A stretch of DNA of 63,437 nt, counting the filler, from Folioceros fuciformis (Eukaryota), in assembly GCA_049999805.1 (NCBI GenBank). It is 7 parts of 7 records of this genome, joined end to end, with 100 filler letters (N's around TTAATTAATTAA, not from the genome) between each part and the next. Parts side by side here need not be neighbours in the genome. Positions count along the whole stretch, not along the records: positions 21,579 to 33,690 come from JBNGIO010005432.1; positions 33,791 to 43,197 come from JBNGIO010005433.1; 5 more parts are not named here. The stretch is one strand, 5' to 3'. The notes beneath the pieces were generated by a model, which worked only from the letters and a program-made list of their open reading frames with translations, was not told the origin of the DNA and searched no databases. How positions within the stretch are numbered: the first letter of the stretch is position 1; each line of letters begins with the position of its first letter. Positions 25,588-36,348 of this stretch are shown here, one piece after another. The translations under genes and the position numbers were made by a program.

Positions 25588-26827
25588 CAACAACGCTGGG
25601 TTGGCAAGAAAGCTCCATGCAGGAAGCAAGCTCCATGCAGGAAGCATGTTTTGATGTTTAGCAGAGCAGGTTACTAAGAGGTTTGCATGTTTAGCAGAGC
25701 AGGTTACTAAGAGTTCTGCACGTTTAGTAGAGCAGGTTACTAAGAGTTTTGCACGTTTAGTAGAGCAAGTTAATAAGAGTTCTGCATGTTTAGCAGAGCA
25801 GTTACTAAGAGTTCTGCATGTTTAGCAGAGCATGTTACTAAGAGTTCTGCATGTTTAGCAGAGCAGGTTACTAAGAGTTCTGCACGTTTAGTAGAGCAAG
25901 TTAATAAGAGTTCTGCATGTTTAGCAGAGCAGTTACTAAGAGTTCTGCATGNNNNNNNNNNNNNNNNNNNNNNNNNNNNNNNNNNNNNNNNNNNNNNNNN
26001 NNNNNNNNNNNNNNNNNNNNNNNNNNNNNNNNNNNNNNNNNNNNNNNNNNNTAAGAGTTCTGCATGTTTAGCAGAGCAGTTACTAAGAGTTCTGCATGTT
26101 TAGCAGAGCAGTTACTAAGAGTTCTGCATGTTTAGCAGAGCATGTTACTAAGAGTTCTGCATGTTTAGCAGAGCAGGTTACTAAGAGTTCNNNNNNNNNN
26201 TAAGAGTTCTGCATGTTTAGCAGAGCAGGTTACTAAGAGTTCTGCATCTTTAGCAGAGCAGGTTACTAAGAGCATGAGGACCCTAAGCATGGAGCCCTAG
26301 GAAAGTATGTGGTAGTGAATAATAACTTAAAGCTTAAGTAGTTACTAAGTTAGTGACTAAAGCTTGTGTATAAAAGGGGACCTAGCCAAGGGCTAAGCAC
26401 AGTTGAGTTGAGTATCTCCTCAAAAGTCTTGAGAGCACTGGGTGCTAGGGCGATGCCTAGAGAGCATGTGTTGCTTGGGCTGTGAGCACATGAGAGGAGT
26501 GTTGTGAAGGAGCTATTGGAGGAGGTCAAGAGAAGGGAGAACTAAGCTTCTATCTTAGGCAAAGATGGGGAGTTCTCTCTAGCCCTCCAGCTTTGTATAT
26601 TCTTGTTGACTCGTGGTTTGTACGTTCTTATTGACTCGTGGTTTGTATGTTCTTATTGACTCGTGGTTTGAATAAAGAGCAGCAGCAAGGGTGCTGGCTG
26701 CAAGTCCTCCTAGAAGAGGAGGGGGGCTACTTGGAGGCCTAGTGCTGTGTCTGGTGTTTAATTACTGACTCTTGCTTTTGCTTCTAACTATGTGGTTCTC
26801 CCCCACCCCTATGAAGGGGGTGTTACT
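25588..26827 (+). mobile_element. LTR of the same family as the 35132-36348 chromovirus, containing an expanded 32-33 bp minisatellite
   Basis: Colinear with the 35737-36348 LTR (aacaacg..aagctccatgca; tgtgtataaaa.gggacctagccaagggct; aataaagagcagcagcaagggtgctggctg; ends gggggtgttact). 5' boundary approximate. Confidence 0.88.
25655..26272 (+). repeat. Minisatellite, unit ~33 bp (tgcatgtttagcagagcaggttactaagagttc), at least 14 units around two gaps
   Basis: Directly visible; gives the 11-aa repeat SSACLAEQVTK in the ORF track. Confidence 0.95.
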
Positions 26828-26899
26828 CACGGGATGTATTTGCTACTCATCTTTCCTGTGTTTCACGCAGCATTTCGTAGGTATGACCGCCTACATGCC

Positions 26900-27420
26900 A
26901 CAAGCACTAATCACAATCGCTTGTGATCAAGCAAGTTTGTAACTGTGCACTACGGCAAGACAATTGTTTTTGAGATCACAGATGCTTGGATTCTAGTTAA
27001 CGGCGATGCCAGCTCACGTTTTTGCATCTCCAGATCAGTCCGTCAAGGTTGTCCCTCTTGTTCTCTTTTTAGATGGACCCTAAAAAGGTAACTAGATTTG
27101 CAGAGGTAATGCAGATCCAAATGGAGGGCAGCTGGAGAAGGTCGCGTTTGCTCCCCAGATTTAACAGTCCCTCACAATTGCATTTCATCTAGGAATTTGG
27201 CCATCTATCCGGCGTGTTGGTCAACTGGGGAAAACCCGTTTGTTGTGCCTTAATATGACCACCATCCCCCAAATCATCTATCGTATTTCCAGGTCACGTT
27301 GGCCTAGGAACTAGGCTTCCACAAGTGAGTTATTTTATTCCCAAAGCAGAAGGAGGAGAACAACGAAACTGGACACCATGTATGCTTCAAGCTTATTCCT
27401 GGATCCAGCTCACGTCCTCC
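26900..27420 (+). mobile_element. Degenerate non-LTR (LINE L1-type) RT fragments
   Basis: VNGDASSRFCISRSVRQGCPL at ~26996-27058 and FIPKAEGG at ~27334-27357 match LINE RT motifs (RQGCPLS, PKxxGGLG). Confidence 0.7.
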
Positions 27421-27618
27421 AGACCGGCCAACTCTCCTTTGCTGCTAGGGTCAGAGTGCGAACCATATTCTCATATCCTCTCTGTAGGACAGTGCTACAT
27501 AGTTGAGTGGCCCCCCAACTTGCCAATGATGAGATTACCATGTCCAGCTTCCGATTCCAACACTCCATAGCTTCAACCCAAGGCCTATGCGGATGGCCTC
27601 GTAGAACTGGTTGATCTT

Positions 27619-27827
27619 GTCTCGAAGTCTCCTATCCTGCACAGCCAATGGATCCTGCAGTCCATGTCTCGAAGTCCCCTATCCTGCACAGCCAATGGAT
27701 CCTGCAGTCCATGTCTCGAAGTCTCCTATCCTGCACAGCCAATGGATCTTGCAGTCCATGTCTCGAAGTCTCCTATCATGTCCTGCAGTCCATGTCTCGA
27801 AGTCTCCTATCATGTCCTGCAGTCCAT
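27619..27827 (+). repeat. Tandem repeat: 3 x 47 bp followed by 2 x 34-bp deletion derivatives (gtctcgaagtctcctatc...tgcagtccat)
   Basis: Directly visible. Confidence 0.9.
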
Positions 27828-28334
27828 AGACCCCAAGGATGACCCGGCACAAACGAGTCGCTTTAAGGCCCTACCAGTCTCAGCCAATTGTTGTCAAACA
27901 TACCCCACTTTGTACTCGTTACTCTAGACTATCCTACTAGATCTTGCCTGGTTCTGACTAGGACAGACCCTGGTGCCTAGTCAGAGCCTAGTGCCTAGTC
28001 AAACCCTGGTGTGCAAGTCCTCACTCCAAAGCTGCTAGTCTGAACTCTTGCCTCATGTGGAAACCAGCAGCTGTACGGGATGAAAGGCAGTTTATGGAAG
28101 GCAGTTTTAAATACTTTTGTGTGCAGCTTGCCTCAACTTCGATATGTGTGGGATATCCTAGTACTTGAGGTAGGAAACTTGTTCGCCAACTCAGACTTGA
28201 TTTCAATGTGTATGTCTACCAAGTGAGCAATGAGCTTGGGTTCAAAATTAACCCAAGCACTAGGGTTGTTAACTCCCCTTGTATTATAAGTATAGACAAA
28301 TGGTAGGAATAGTAGATTCTGTTATAGTTTGTAA

Positions 28335-28593
28335 TGTTAGTGGGTACTAATATTCTAGTGCTTATGGCAATTTCCAAGGTTTGTGGTCTAAGGTATAGTA
28401 CTATAATAGTGTAGTGGTCTCCCTAGGGTATATAAAGGGCCTCCCCTAAGGTTGTTTGTGAGCTCCTTATGAGTCTTGTTGCTGAGCCTCTTCTGAGTCT
28501 ATGTTGTTGTTGTCTCTATGTTCTTGCTCTTCTGTTATAAAGCCTTCTTTATGTTTATGTGATCCTGGTATAATCCTATCATGGTACCAGAGC
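28335..28593 (+). mobile_element. Short (~247 bp) TG..CA LTR followed by tRNA-Met-type PBS (tggtaccagagc); TRIM-like
   Basis: tgttag...tcctatca with a TATA-like tatataaa; PBS at 28582-28593; second copy inverted at 29363-29610. Confidence 0.8.
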
Positions 28594-29050
28594 ATCTAGG
28601 ATTGTATAATCCCATCATGTATTAGAGCATCAGGTTTCTAAGATACATCTAATCTACCTATCTTAGGTTTCAGGGCTTACGAAATCTCGTGTTTGAGACA
28701 CGTTTATTAAATGTATCTTAGGTTTTATATTTTTTAAAGGTAAGTGGGGTGTCTGAGAAACGTTTAACAAGCGTTTCTCATATATCAAAGCTTTCTAAGA
28801 TATATCTTACGAGTGTGTCTTAGGCTTTCTAAGATATATCTCACGAGTGTGTCTTAGGCTCTAAACGTTTTTTTTGAGAGATACCTCTAACAAGCGGTAT
28901 TTGGGGTTTTTTGAGAGATATGCCTAACAAGCATATATGGGGTTTTTTGAGAGGGTGTTGAGTTGATGGTATTCTAGCTGTGGTTTTTGAGAGGGTACTA
29001 GACTAATGGTGTTCCTACCGTGGTTTTTGAGAGGGAGATTGGCTAATGTT

Positions 29051-29362
29051 GTTTCAGCCCTAATGGTGAGGTTGTTGTGGTTTGTTGCTGTGTGTTTTCA
29101 GGAATTTGTATATATTTATATATATTATGACACAAGATCGTGAGCTTTATTATAAGATACCTAAGTTCAATAGTACTAACTTTTCTTTTCTTTTCTAAAA
29201 GAGCAACCTTAACACGAAACTTCCAAAAAGAAAAGTAAGCCATTGAACTTAGGTATCCTATAATAAAGCTCACGATCTTGTGCCATATTATATGTAAATA
29301 TATACAAATTCCTGAAAACACACAGCAACAAACCACAACAACCTCACCATTAAGGCTGAAAC
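29051..29362. repeat. Long fold-back (arms ~120-140 bp, loop ~50-70 bp), MITE-like
   Basis: 29051-29171 gtttcagccctaatggtgagg...cctaagttcaat is the near-perfect reverse complement of 29242-29362. Confidence 0.9.
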
Positions 29363-29610
29363 TGATAGGATTATACCATGATCACATAAACATAAAGAAG
29401 GCTTTATGACAGAAGAGCAAGGACACATAGACAACAACAGCATAGGCTCAGAAGAGGCTCAGCAACAAGACTCATAAGGAGCTCATAAACAACCTTAGTG
29501 AAGGCCCTTTAAATACCCTAGGGAGACCACTACACTATTATAGTACTATACCCTAGACCACAAACCCTTGGGATTTGCCATAAGCCCTAGAATATTAGTA
29601 GTCTCTCACA
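29363..29610 (-). mobile_element. Solo copy of the ~248-bp LTR, inverted relative to 28335-28581
   Basis: Reverse complement reads tgtgagagactactaatattc...tataatcctatca, highly similar to 28335-28581. Confidence 0.85.
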
Positions 29611-30199
29611 AAGTGGAGATTGGAGCAATAATTTTTGTTTTCGATGTCATTGGCCAAGACATATTGCTCTTTTTTGTGGTTCTCCTTTACTTTCTCCTTA
29701 TCCGAGTAATCTCACTATTACTAATGCTGCATATCCTTTAGTATCTGGTGTATCTTCTTCGTCTGCTTCCCTTCTGAGTTTTCTCTAATTGCTGTTTTGA
29801 GTGCTAGGAGCTTTATATTAGGTGTACCTACATTTGAATCAGATATCTTTCTCCATACTTATTGTGGATTACATTGGACTTCATCCCCTTTCTAAAGATA
29901 TCTCTTGGCTTGGCTTAAGGGTGACTTCTCATTTTTTACCCTATAAGGTGCCATATATCTTGAGTTTTACACAAGCTATTTCGGCATTTGTTCCACTTAT
30001 TTTGAATTCGTGCTTGAGCGATCACCATGTTCCAAAAGAAAGTAGGAGGCAATGCGGATGGAGACCCAGACTTGCCTCAGATTTACAAGCAAGATCCACA
30101 GTAGGGTGAGGGTTGGGGTCGCGGCCAAAGGATACAAGTCCACATAATCAATGGTCGTGTGGAACACCTTAAATCATCAAGGCAAGGTCATGGTGGCAA

Positions 30200-30720
30200 G
30201 ATGGCAGGTGCAAGAACATATGGAGTGTGTATTGACTGTTATCATGGCATATGGAGTGTGTATAGACCGTTATCATGGCACAAGTGGAAGAACATATGAA
30301 ATGCGTATCGACTGTTACCATGGCACAAGTGCAAGAACATATGAAATGCGTATCGACTGTTACCATGGCACACGTGCAAGAACATATGGAGAAGGTGCAT
30401 ACTCTTATCATGGAGCACGAGCAGGAACCTCGAGCTTGTATGTGGGGGGGCGGAGGAAGCTCATACAACCTACGCATGGGCCTCTCCCATGGGGCATACG
30501 TAGGGACCCCATACAACATGGATGCCTCGTATAGGCTGCATGAGAGGACCCCTCTATACAGAGAGCGTGGCGACCCATATGGTGCAGCCTCATATGGGCC
30601 ATGCATGGGCCTCTCCCATGGCCCATACTTGGGGACCCCATATGACATGAATGCCTCCTACATGCCGTATGAGAGGACCTTGTATGCAAAGGATGTGAGG
30701 ACCCCATTTGGGGTGGCCTC
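30200..30720. repeat. 45-bp tandem repeats (~30200-30420) and a ~132-bp duplicated block (~30472-30720)
   Basis: catggcacaagtgcaagaacatatgaaatgcgtatcgactgttac occurs about three times; gcatgggcctctcccatgg..gggaccccata occurs twice. Confidence 0.8.
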
Positions 30721-30723
30721 GTA

Positions 30724-33376
30724 TGTGTAAACGAAACAGAAGTTAATTAGTATATGAGTTGTGTATTTATAGATAGCATATGTAACCCTCAAATATAACA
30801 CTGGTTATAATAACTAGGGTTAATTAACTAATGTTGGGTTAAACCCTCTCAACACCCCCACTTAAGCCAACACGGCTTACCATGGGGCGTACCAGGCTAA
30901 TAGCCAAGGCTAAGGACCAAGCATGAGTATTTCACAAACACGCAACATCATTACGCCCGCACGCGTAGAGCAAGCATAAGAGGCACAGAGCATTGATCAA
31001 GAGTAGAAAATAGGAATTGGCACCATCCTTGGCACGAAGTCTCGACTATGAAGAACGCGGAGGTACATGCAGGCGAGGTTCCCAAGGAAAGGCAAGCATT
31101 AGTAAGCCAACAGTCGCTCTAGCACAAGATCCAATAGCAAGTTTAGCTCTAGTTCACAGACCTGCTCTACCAGAAAACCAAGCGCAAGGTCTCCAAAGTT
31201 TGCGAGACGAGTGGGGCGGCGTAATTGAGATTGAATGGCACACAGACGCTGAGCTTGAGGACTCTGGCTCACTATTCATTGCTAGTGTCACAACCTTGGA
31301 TCCCATAGCCAACTCCACAAATGAGGAGGAGGAGGAGGTGAACAGCTAGTATGCAAGCTGAAGCTTGGCAGAAGGTGCCAACAACACTGATGCCCCCATC
31401 AACACCCACCTGTAGTTCGTGATTGCAACTCTGGAAAAGGTAATGACCTCCTTGAAGCTCAATAGGCAAGGGTAGAAAATCAGCAACCAGCAATAGAAGA
31501 GGAGGTAGCTACTCCAACAGCTTCAACAGCCCCTAGTAGACGCAAGCAATGCCATGCATGCATCAGACAATGGCAAGTGCATCATCTATAGAAGGCGCTA
31601 TTATAAATGGAGCTGACTGCAAACATGTAAGGGTTTCCTCTTTTTTTTGTTTTCACCTAACCACGACTTGATTTCTGACAATGAAGCTTCATCCACTGAC
31701 CAAGGTACTAAACCATAATCAACTCATCACGATTATAATTATATGCAAGAGACAAAACAAAAGATGACACAAGACTCACAGGTTTTAGCTAGCAGAACAC
31801 CTTCAAAGCAAGCAAACAATCTGCAAATTTTGCCAGAAGAGACTGGGGAGCATAGAAATAGTGGTAAGCAGACAGACTGTAGATAGGACAAACAAATAGA
31901 CTATTCAGTACCCAAATAAACTTATGTAAGTTATTGTGGATACGTAAACTCTCTCAACCCCAATCCTGCAACATTTTGAAAGTGTCGACTCCTCAAGAGC
32001 CCTTTTGTAAGTATGTCTGCTATATTGGTGTTTGTGTTGATATATTCCACTTGCACTATTCCTCATTCGACTGCATGTCTGATACAATGATGGTATAACT
32101 CAAGGTGTTTTATGCATGCATGGAAACGAGGGTTGGAAACAAGAGCTATAGCACTCATGTTGTCACAATACAACTTGGTAGGGCCTTGCTATTTTTGCTT
32201 CACAGACACAAGGAACTGTCTTTCCCACTCAGCCTCCTTACAAGCATTAGTAAGTGCCTTATACTCGGCTTCTGTTGATGAAAGTGCGAGTAAATTCTGC
32301 TTCTTACAGCTCCAACTTACAACTGCAGAGGATAGAAGGAAAAATACGCAGACAAGCTTTTTTGGGAGTTTAAATCTGAGGCCCAATTCACATCAACATA
32401 TGAGATAAATAGCAGACTCTTGCTCCCACTTGATGAGTAATGTAAGCCATAAGATATTGTGCCTTTCAAATATCCATAAATACTCTTAACAACTACCCAG
32501 TGTGTGCGTCTACGGTGCCTCAAGAACTGGAACACCACACTCACTGAATAGTTGATGTTTGAACGAGTCCAATTAGAGAGAAAGATCAGACAACCCACTG
32601 GCTCAGCATAAGGGACCACAACCATATCCCCACAATGAGCACTAGTCTACGATGAAAAATATGTTGTCAACTTAATCCCCACTGTTGAGGGAGTAGATAC
32701 AAGGTGAGCATTCTGCAAATTAAATTGATGTAAGATCTCCTTTAAATACTTGGTCTGATGCGGAGTCCTCAAACCAGCTGATCGATTTTGCAGGATTTGT
32801 ATGCCTAAACAAAATTGTAGGTCCCCTTGGTTAGTCATCTCAAACTCATGGCGCAACATATCCTTGATTGTGGTGAGCTACTCCAAGCAAGTACTCAGCA
32901 AAACGCAATCATCCACATAAAGGGCAAGGATAATGAAATGAGGACTAGAGGAGAAGAGGAAAACATTACTGTCGGCAGGAGACTCCAAGAAACCAAGTTG
33001 TTTAAGGTACTTCATAATCCTCCACTACCATGCTCTATGAAATTGTTTTAACCCATAGAATGTTTTAAGTAGCTTACAAACTTTTTGAGGGTGCTACATG
33101 TCAACAAAACCCTTAAGTTGGTCCATGTACAAAGTCTCCTCTAACTCTCTATGTAAAAATGCCATGCATACGTCCATCTACTAGACCTCCAAGTCAAGCT
33201 CAGCTGCCAAGGTCGACAAGATCCAAATAAAGGGAGGTTTCACGATAGGGGAAAAGCTGTCCCCATAGTCAATACTAGGTATCTGACTAAAACCCCTAGC
33301 AACTAACCGAGATTTATATCTGGCTATGGTCCCACCTGTTGAGTTATCGAGCTCTATATGAGCTAAACTCATGTGG
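30724..33376 (-). mobile_element. Degenerate Ty1/copia element E (RT-RNase H, ~1-kb 3' region, PPT, ~130-bp 3' LTR)
   Basis: RYKSRLVARGFSQ, FEMTNQGDLQFCLGIQ, YAEPVGCLIFL, SWSCKKQNLLALSSTEAEYKAL; PPT tggggg then tgttgagag at 30854; TATA-like ctataaata in the LTR. Confidence 0.88.
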
Positions 33377-33690
33377 TGTTAGTTCTCCCGGTTGGGTTCA
33401 TACTAGACTAGTTATAGTTATTAATGAACTTACGATAGTGTAGATTATCCCATATTGAACCTAGAAGTTGTGTACCCCTAAATGTACTACTTAAATGGAG
33501 ACCTCGGACCTTCATAGTAAGACAGTGGTGATGTGTATTGTTTTTGGTTGTGATCACCAATACCACCCTCTCATCTTCTCTCCTCTCCTCTCCTACACTT
33601 GCACATAGACTGGAGTCAATCCTATTGACATGGTATCGGAGCTAAAGAGCCTGGTTGCCAGGCGTAGCCTAGAGTCGGAGAGCCAGGCGG
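33377..33690 (+). mobile_element. 5' LTR (~254 bp, tgttag...ttgaca) plus tRNA-iMet PBS of an element inserted into the copia E RT; cut by scaffold end
   Basis: tggtatcggagc at 33631-33642 immediately after CA; copia E homology stops at ~33376. Confidence 0.78.
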
Positions 33691-34362
33691 NNNNNNNNNN
33701 NNNNNNNNNNNNNNNNNNNNNNNNNNNNNNNNNNTTAATTAATTAANNNNNNNNNNNNNNNNNNNNNNNNNNNNNNNNNNNNNNNNNNNNGTATTTTATA
33801 TTATTAGCTAGCAATTATGATTGTACTTAGTATTAAATATTTATATTTTTTTATTATTAACTAGCATCATGTCTATTGAGAGTGATAGCTTATATAATAA
33901 GGGTAATAGTGGGTCAAATGTTTTCATCCAACTTATGTGCCAAGATCAAGTCTCCCAAGTTGTAAGACTCTAAGACCTTGAATTTGGGCCCTACCACAAA
34001 ATAACATATACCTCTTTAAATTCAAGCCTTATTCAAGGCCATTAGCGGGAGGCACATGGAACACTTANNNNNNNNNNNNNNNNNNNNNNNNNNNNNNNNN
34101 NNNNNNNNNNNNNNNNNNNNNNNNNNNNNNNNNNNNNNNNNNNNNNNNNNNNNNNNNNNNNNNNNNNCAAGTATGGTTACCATGCAGCTCGCAACTAAAT
34201 TGTCGTGAAGAGTTGTCGAGAAGGAAATGCACAGAAGACTACTTTCTTGAGATATGCTATCTAGGGGAAGACTTGTGGGAAGAGAACTTCTCAATGCAAT
34301 GGAAACAAGGCTTGTGAGCTTGGGCACTCAAAAGTGTATTTAATTTGTGGATCTCGTAATCT

Positions 34363-34534
34363 TGAAGCCTTGTGCCTATATTTGAAAGTGGGTTACAAAG
34401 TAATCAAATGTCTAGAAGATGAAGCCTTATGCTTATATTTGAAAGTGAGTTACAAAAGTAATCAAATGTTTAGAAGATAAGCCTTGTGCCTATATTTGAA
34501 AGTGGGTTACAAAGTAATCAAATGTCTAGAAGAT
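34363..34534 (+). repeat. 3 x ~57-bp tandem repeat (aagccttgtgcctatatttgaaagtgggttacaaagtaatcaaatgtctagaagat)
   Basis: Directly visible. Confidence 0.9.
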
Positions 34535-35131
34535 GATACTAAAGGAGGCTATCAAATAATAAAACAACATTCAAATTATGACGAGGGATGTGTAGAAAGG
34601 AAAATCATATTCAAAAATTCATATTTTTCTTGTTTAAAAAACCAATTTGTTAAAGTGTTTTATGGTTATGGAAATGAGATTCTTCCCCTTTCCTCGATGG
34701 TCACCCTTTTTTTGACAATGCATCTTCTTCTCTTTGCAACGAGCATTTGCCAAAGTAGTTAATATGATGATAACAAGTGCTGCTTTGATGGCGTCATTAT
34801 CATCGTGGTAGTTAGGCCTTTAATCATCTCAAATCACCACACCTTCAAAGGGTGTTCTATAGTTATGAGATTGGTATTTGAGAGGGCTCGTTCTTGTTTT
34901 AGCCTTTGGCCCTCTTCGTGTTATTTCTCCTCATTTCTTAGGTATCCTTGTCTCTTATTTCAATAAAATATATAAAATTATTAAAATAAAATATATGAAT
35001 CCTTCGTAAAGCACTTTTATGGATTGGAAACATTTTTTTGTAAATTTCCACTACATCTACATACAGTGTCTTTTAGAACCTCAATAAAATATATAAAATT
35101 ATTAAAATAAAATGTAAGAATCCTTCATAGA

Positions 35132-36348
35132 AGTAACAACGTTGGTTTGAGTGCCAAGCAAGTAAGCTCCATGCANNNNNNNNNNNNNNNNNNNNNNNNN
35201 NNNNNNNNNNNNNNNNNNNNNNNNNNNNNNNNNNNNNNNNNNNNNNNNNNNNNNNNNNNNNNNNNNNNNNNNNNNTCAATGTTGGGGATAAAGTTTGGGT
35301 GAAACTAAAGCATTTCACACTACCCCAAGGATTGTCTTTAAAGTTGAGACCAAAGTATGGATGTCCATATGTTGTCTTGAAGCGCATTGGAGAAGTGGCT
35401 TACAAGTTGGACTTGCCTGATTGGATTTTTGCACACAATGTGTTTCATGTATCTATGTTGAAACCATTTGTGCTAGGCAAAGAGAAAGAAGACATGGACA
35501 GGAAGAAGTACAGTATCCTGGTGCAGCATGATCAAGGATTGCGGGAGATTGAGGAATTCCTTGCAGAAGGTAGCGTGGCTACGAGACGTGGAACTCTACC
35601 TCAGTATATGGTAAAGTTGCGTGGGATCTCAACACCAGTTTGGATAACATTGGAGGATATCCAGAGAGGCTCCTGGATGATTGCTCGTTACACTGGTTAT
35701 CACTGAGGACAATGATTTTTTCCTAGTGGGGGAGGAAGTAACAACGTTGGTTTGAGTGCCAAGCAAGTAAGCTCCATGCAAAGGCATGTTTAGCAGAGCA
35801 AGTTACTAAGAGAGCATGAGAAGCATGCAGCCCTAGGAAAAAGTGTGTGGTAGTGAATAATAGCTTAAGGCTTAAGTAAGTGCTTAAGTAAGTAGTTGCT
35901 AAGTTAGTGACTTGAGCTTGTGTATAAAAAGGGACCTAGCCAAGGGCTAAAAAAGTTCAGTACAGTGGAGTTGAGATGAGTATCTCCTCAAAGCCTTGAG
36001 AGCACGGGGTTGTTGCTTGGGCTATGCCTTGAGAGCATGTGTTGCTTGGGCTGTGAGAGCACATGAAAGGTGCTGTGAAAGAGCTGTGGGAGGAGGTCAA
36101 GAGAAGGGAGAGCTAAACTCCTAGCTTAGGCAAAGATGGGGAGTTCTCTCTAGCCCTCCAGCTCTGTATGTTCTTGTTGACTCGTGATTTGAATAAAGAG
36201 CAGCAGCAAGGGTGCTGGCTGCGAGTCCTCCTGTGAGAGGAGGGCGGGCTACTTGGAGGCCTAGTGCTGTGTCCGGTGTTTAAACCTGACCCCTGCTTTG
36301 GCTTCTAACTGCGTGGTTCTGCCCCACCTCGTTGAAGGGGGTGTTACT
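35132..36348 (+). mobile_element. Chromovirus-type Ty3/gypsy element (interior collapsed in an N gap) with AG...CT LTR termini and ATAGA TSD
   Basis: 5' LTR starts agtaacaacg at 35132; integrase C-terminus (KLRPKYGCPY, AYKLDLP, HNVFHVSMLKPF) plus a chromodomain-like tail, stop at 35706; PPT gggggagga 35728-35736; 3' LTR 35737-36348; TSD 35127-35131 and 36349-36353. Confidence 0.9.

Noticed and set aside
25655-26272. 33-bp (and 35-, 41-, 47-bp) repeats as CRISPR-like arrays
   Set aside because: Units are head-to-tail with no unique spacers, no cas genes are present, and the context is eukaryotic LTR/repeat DNA
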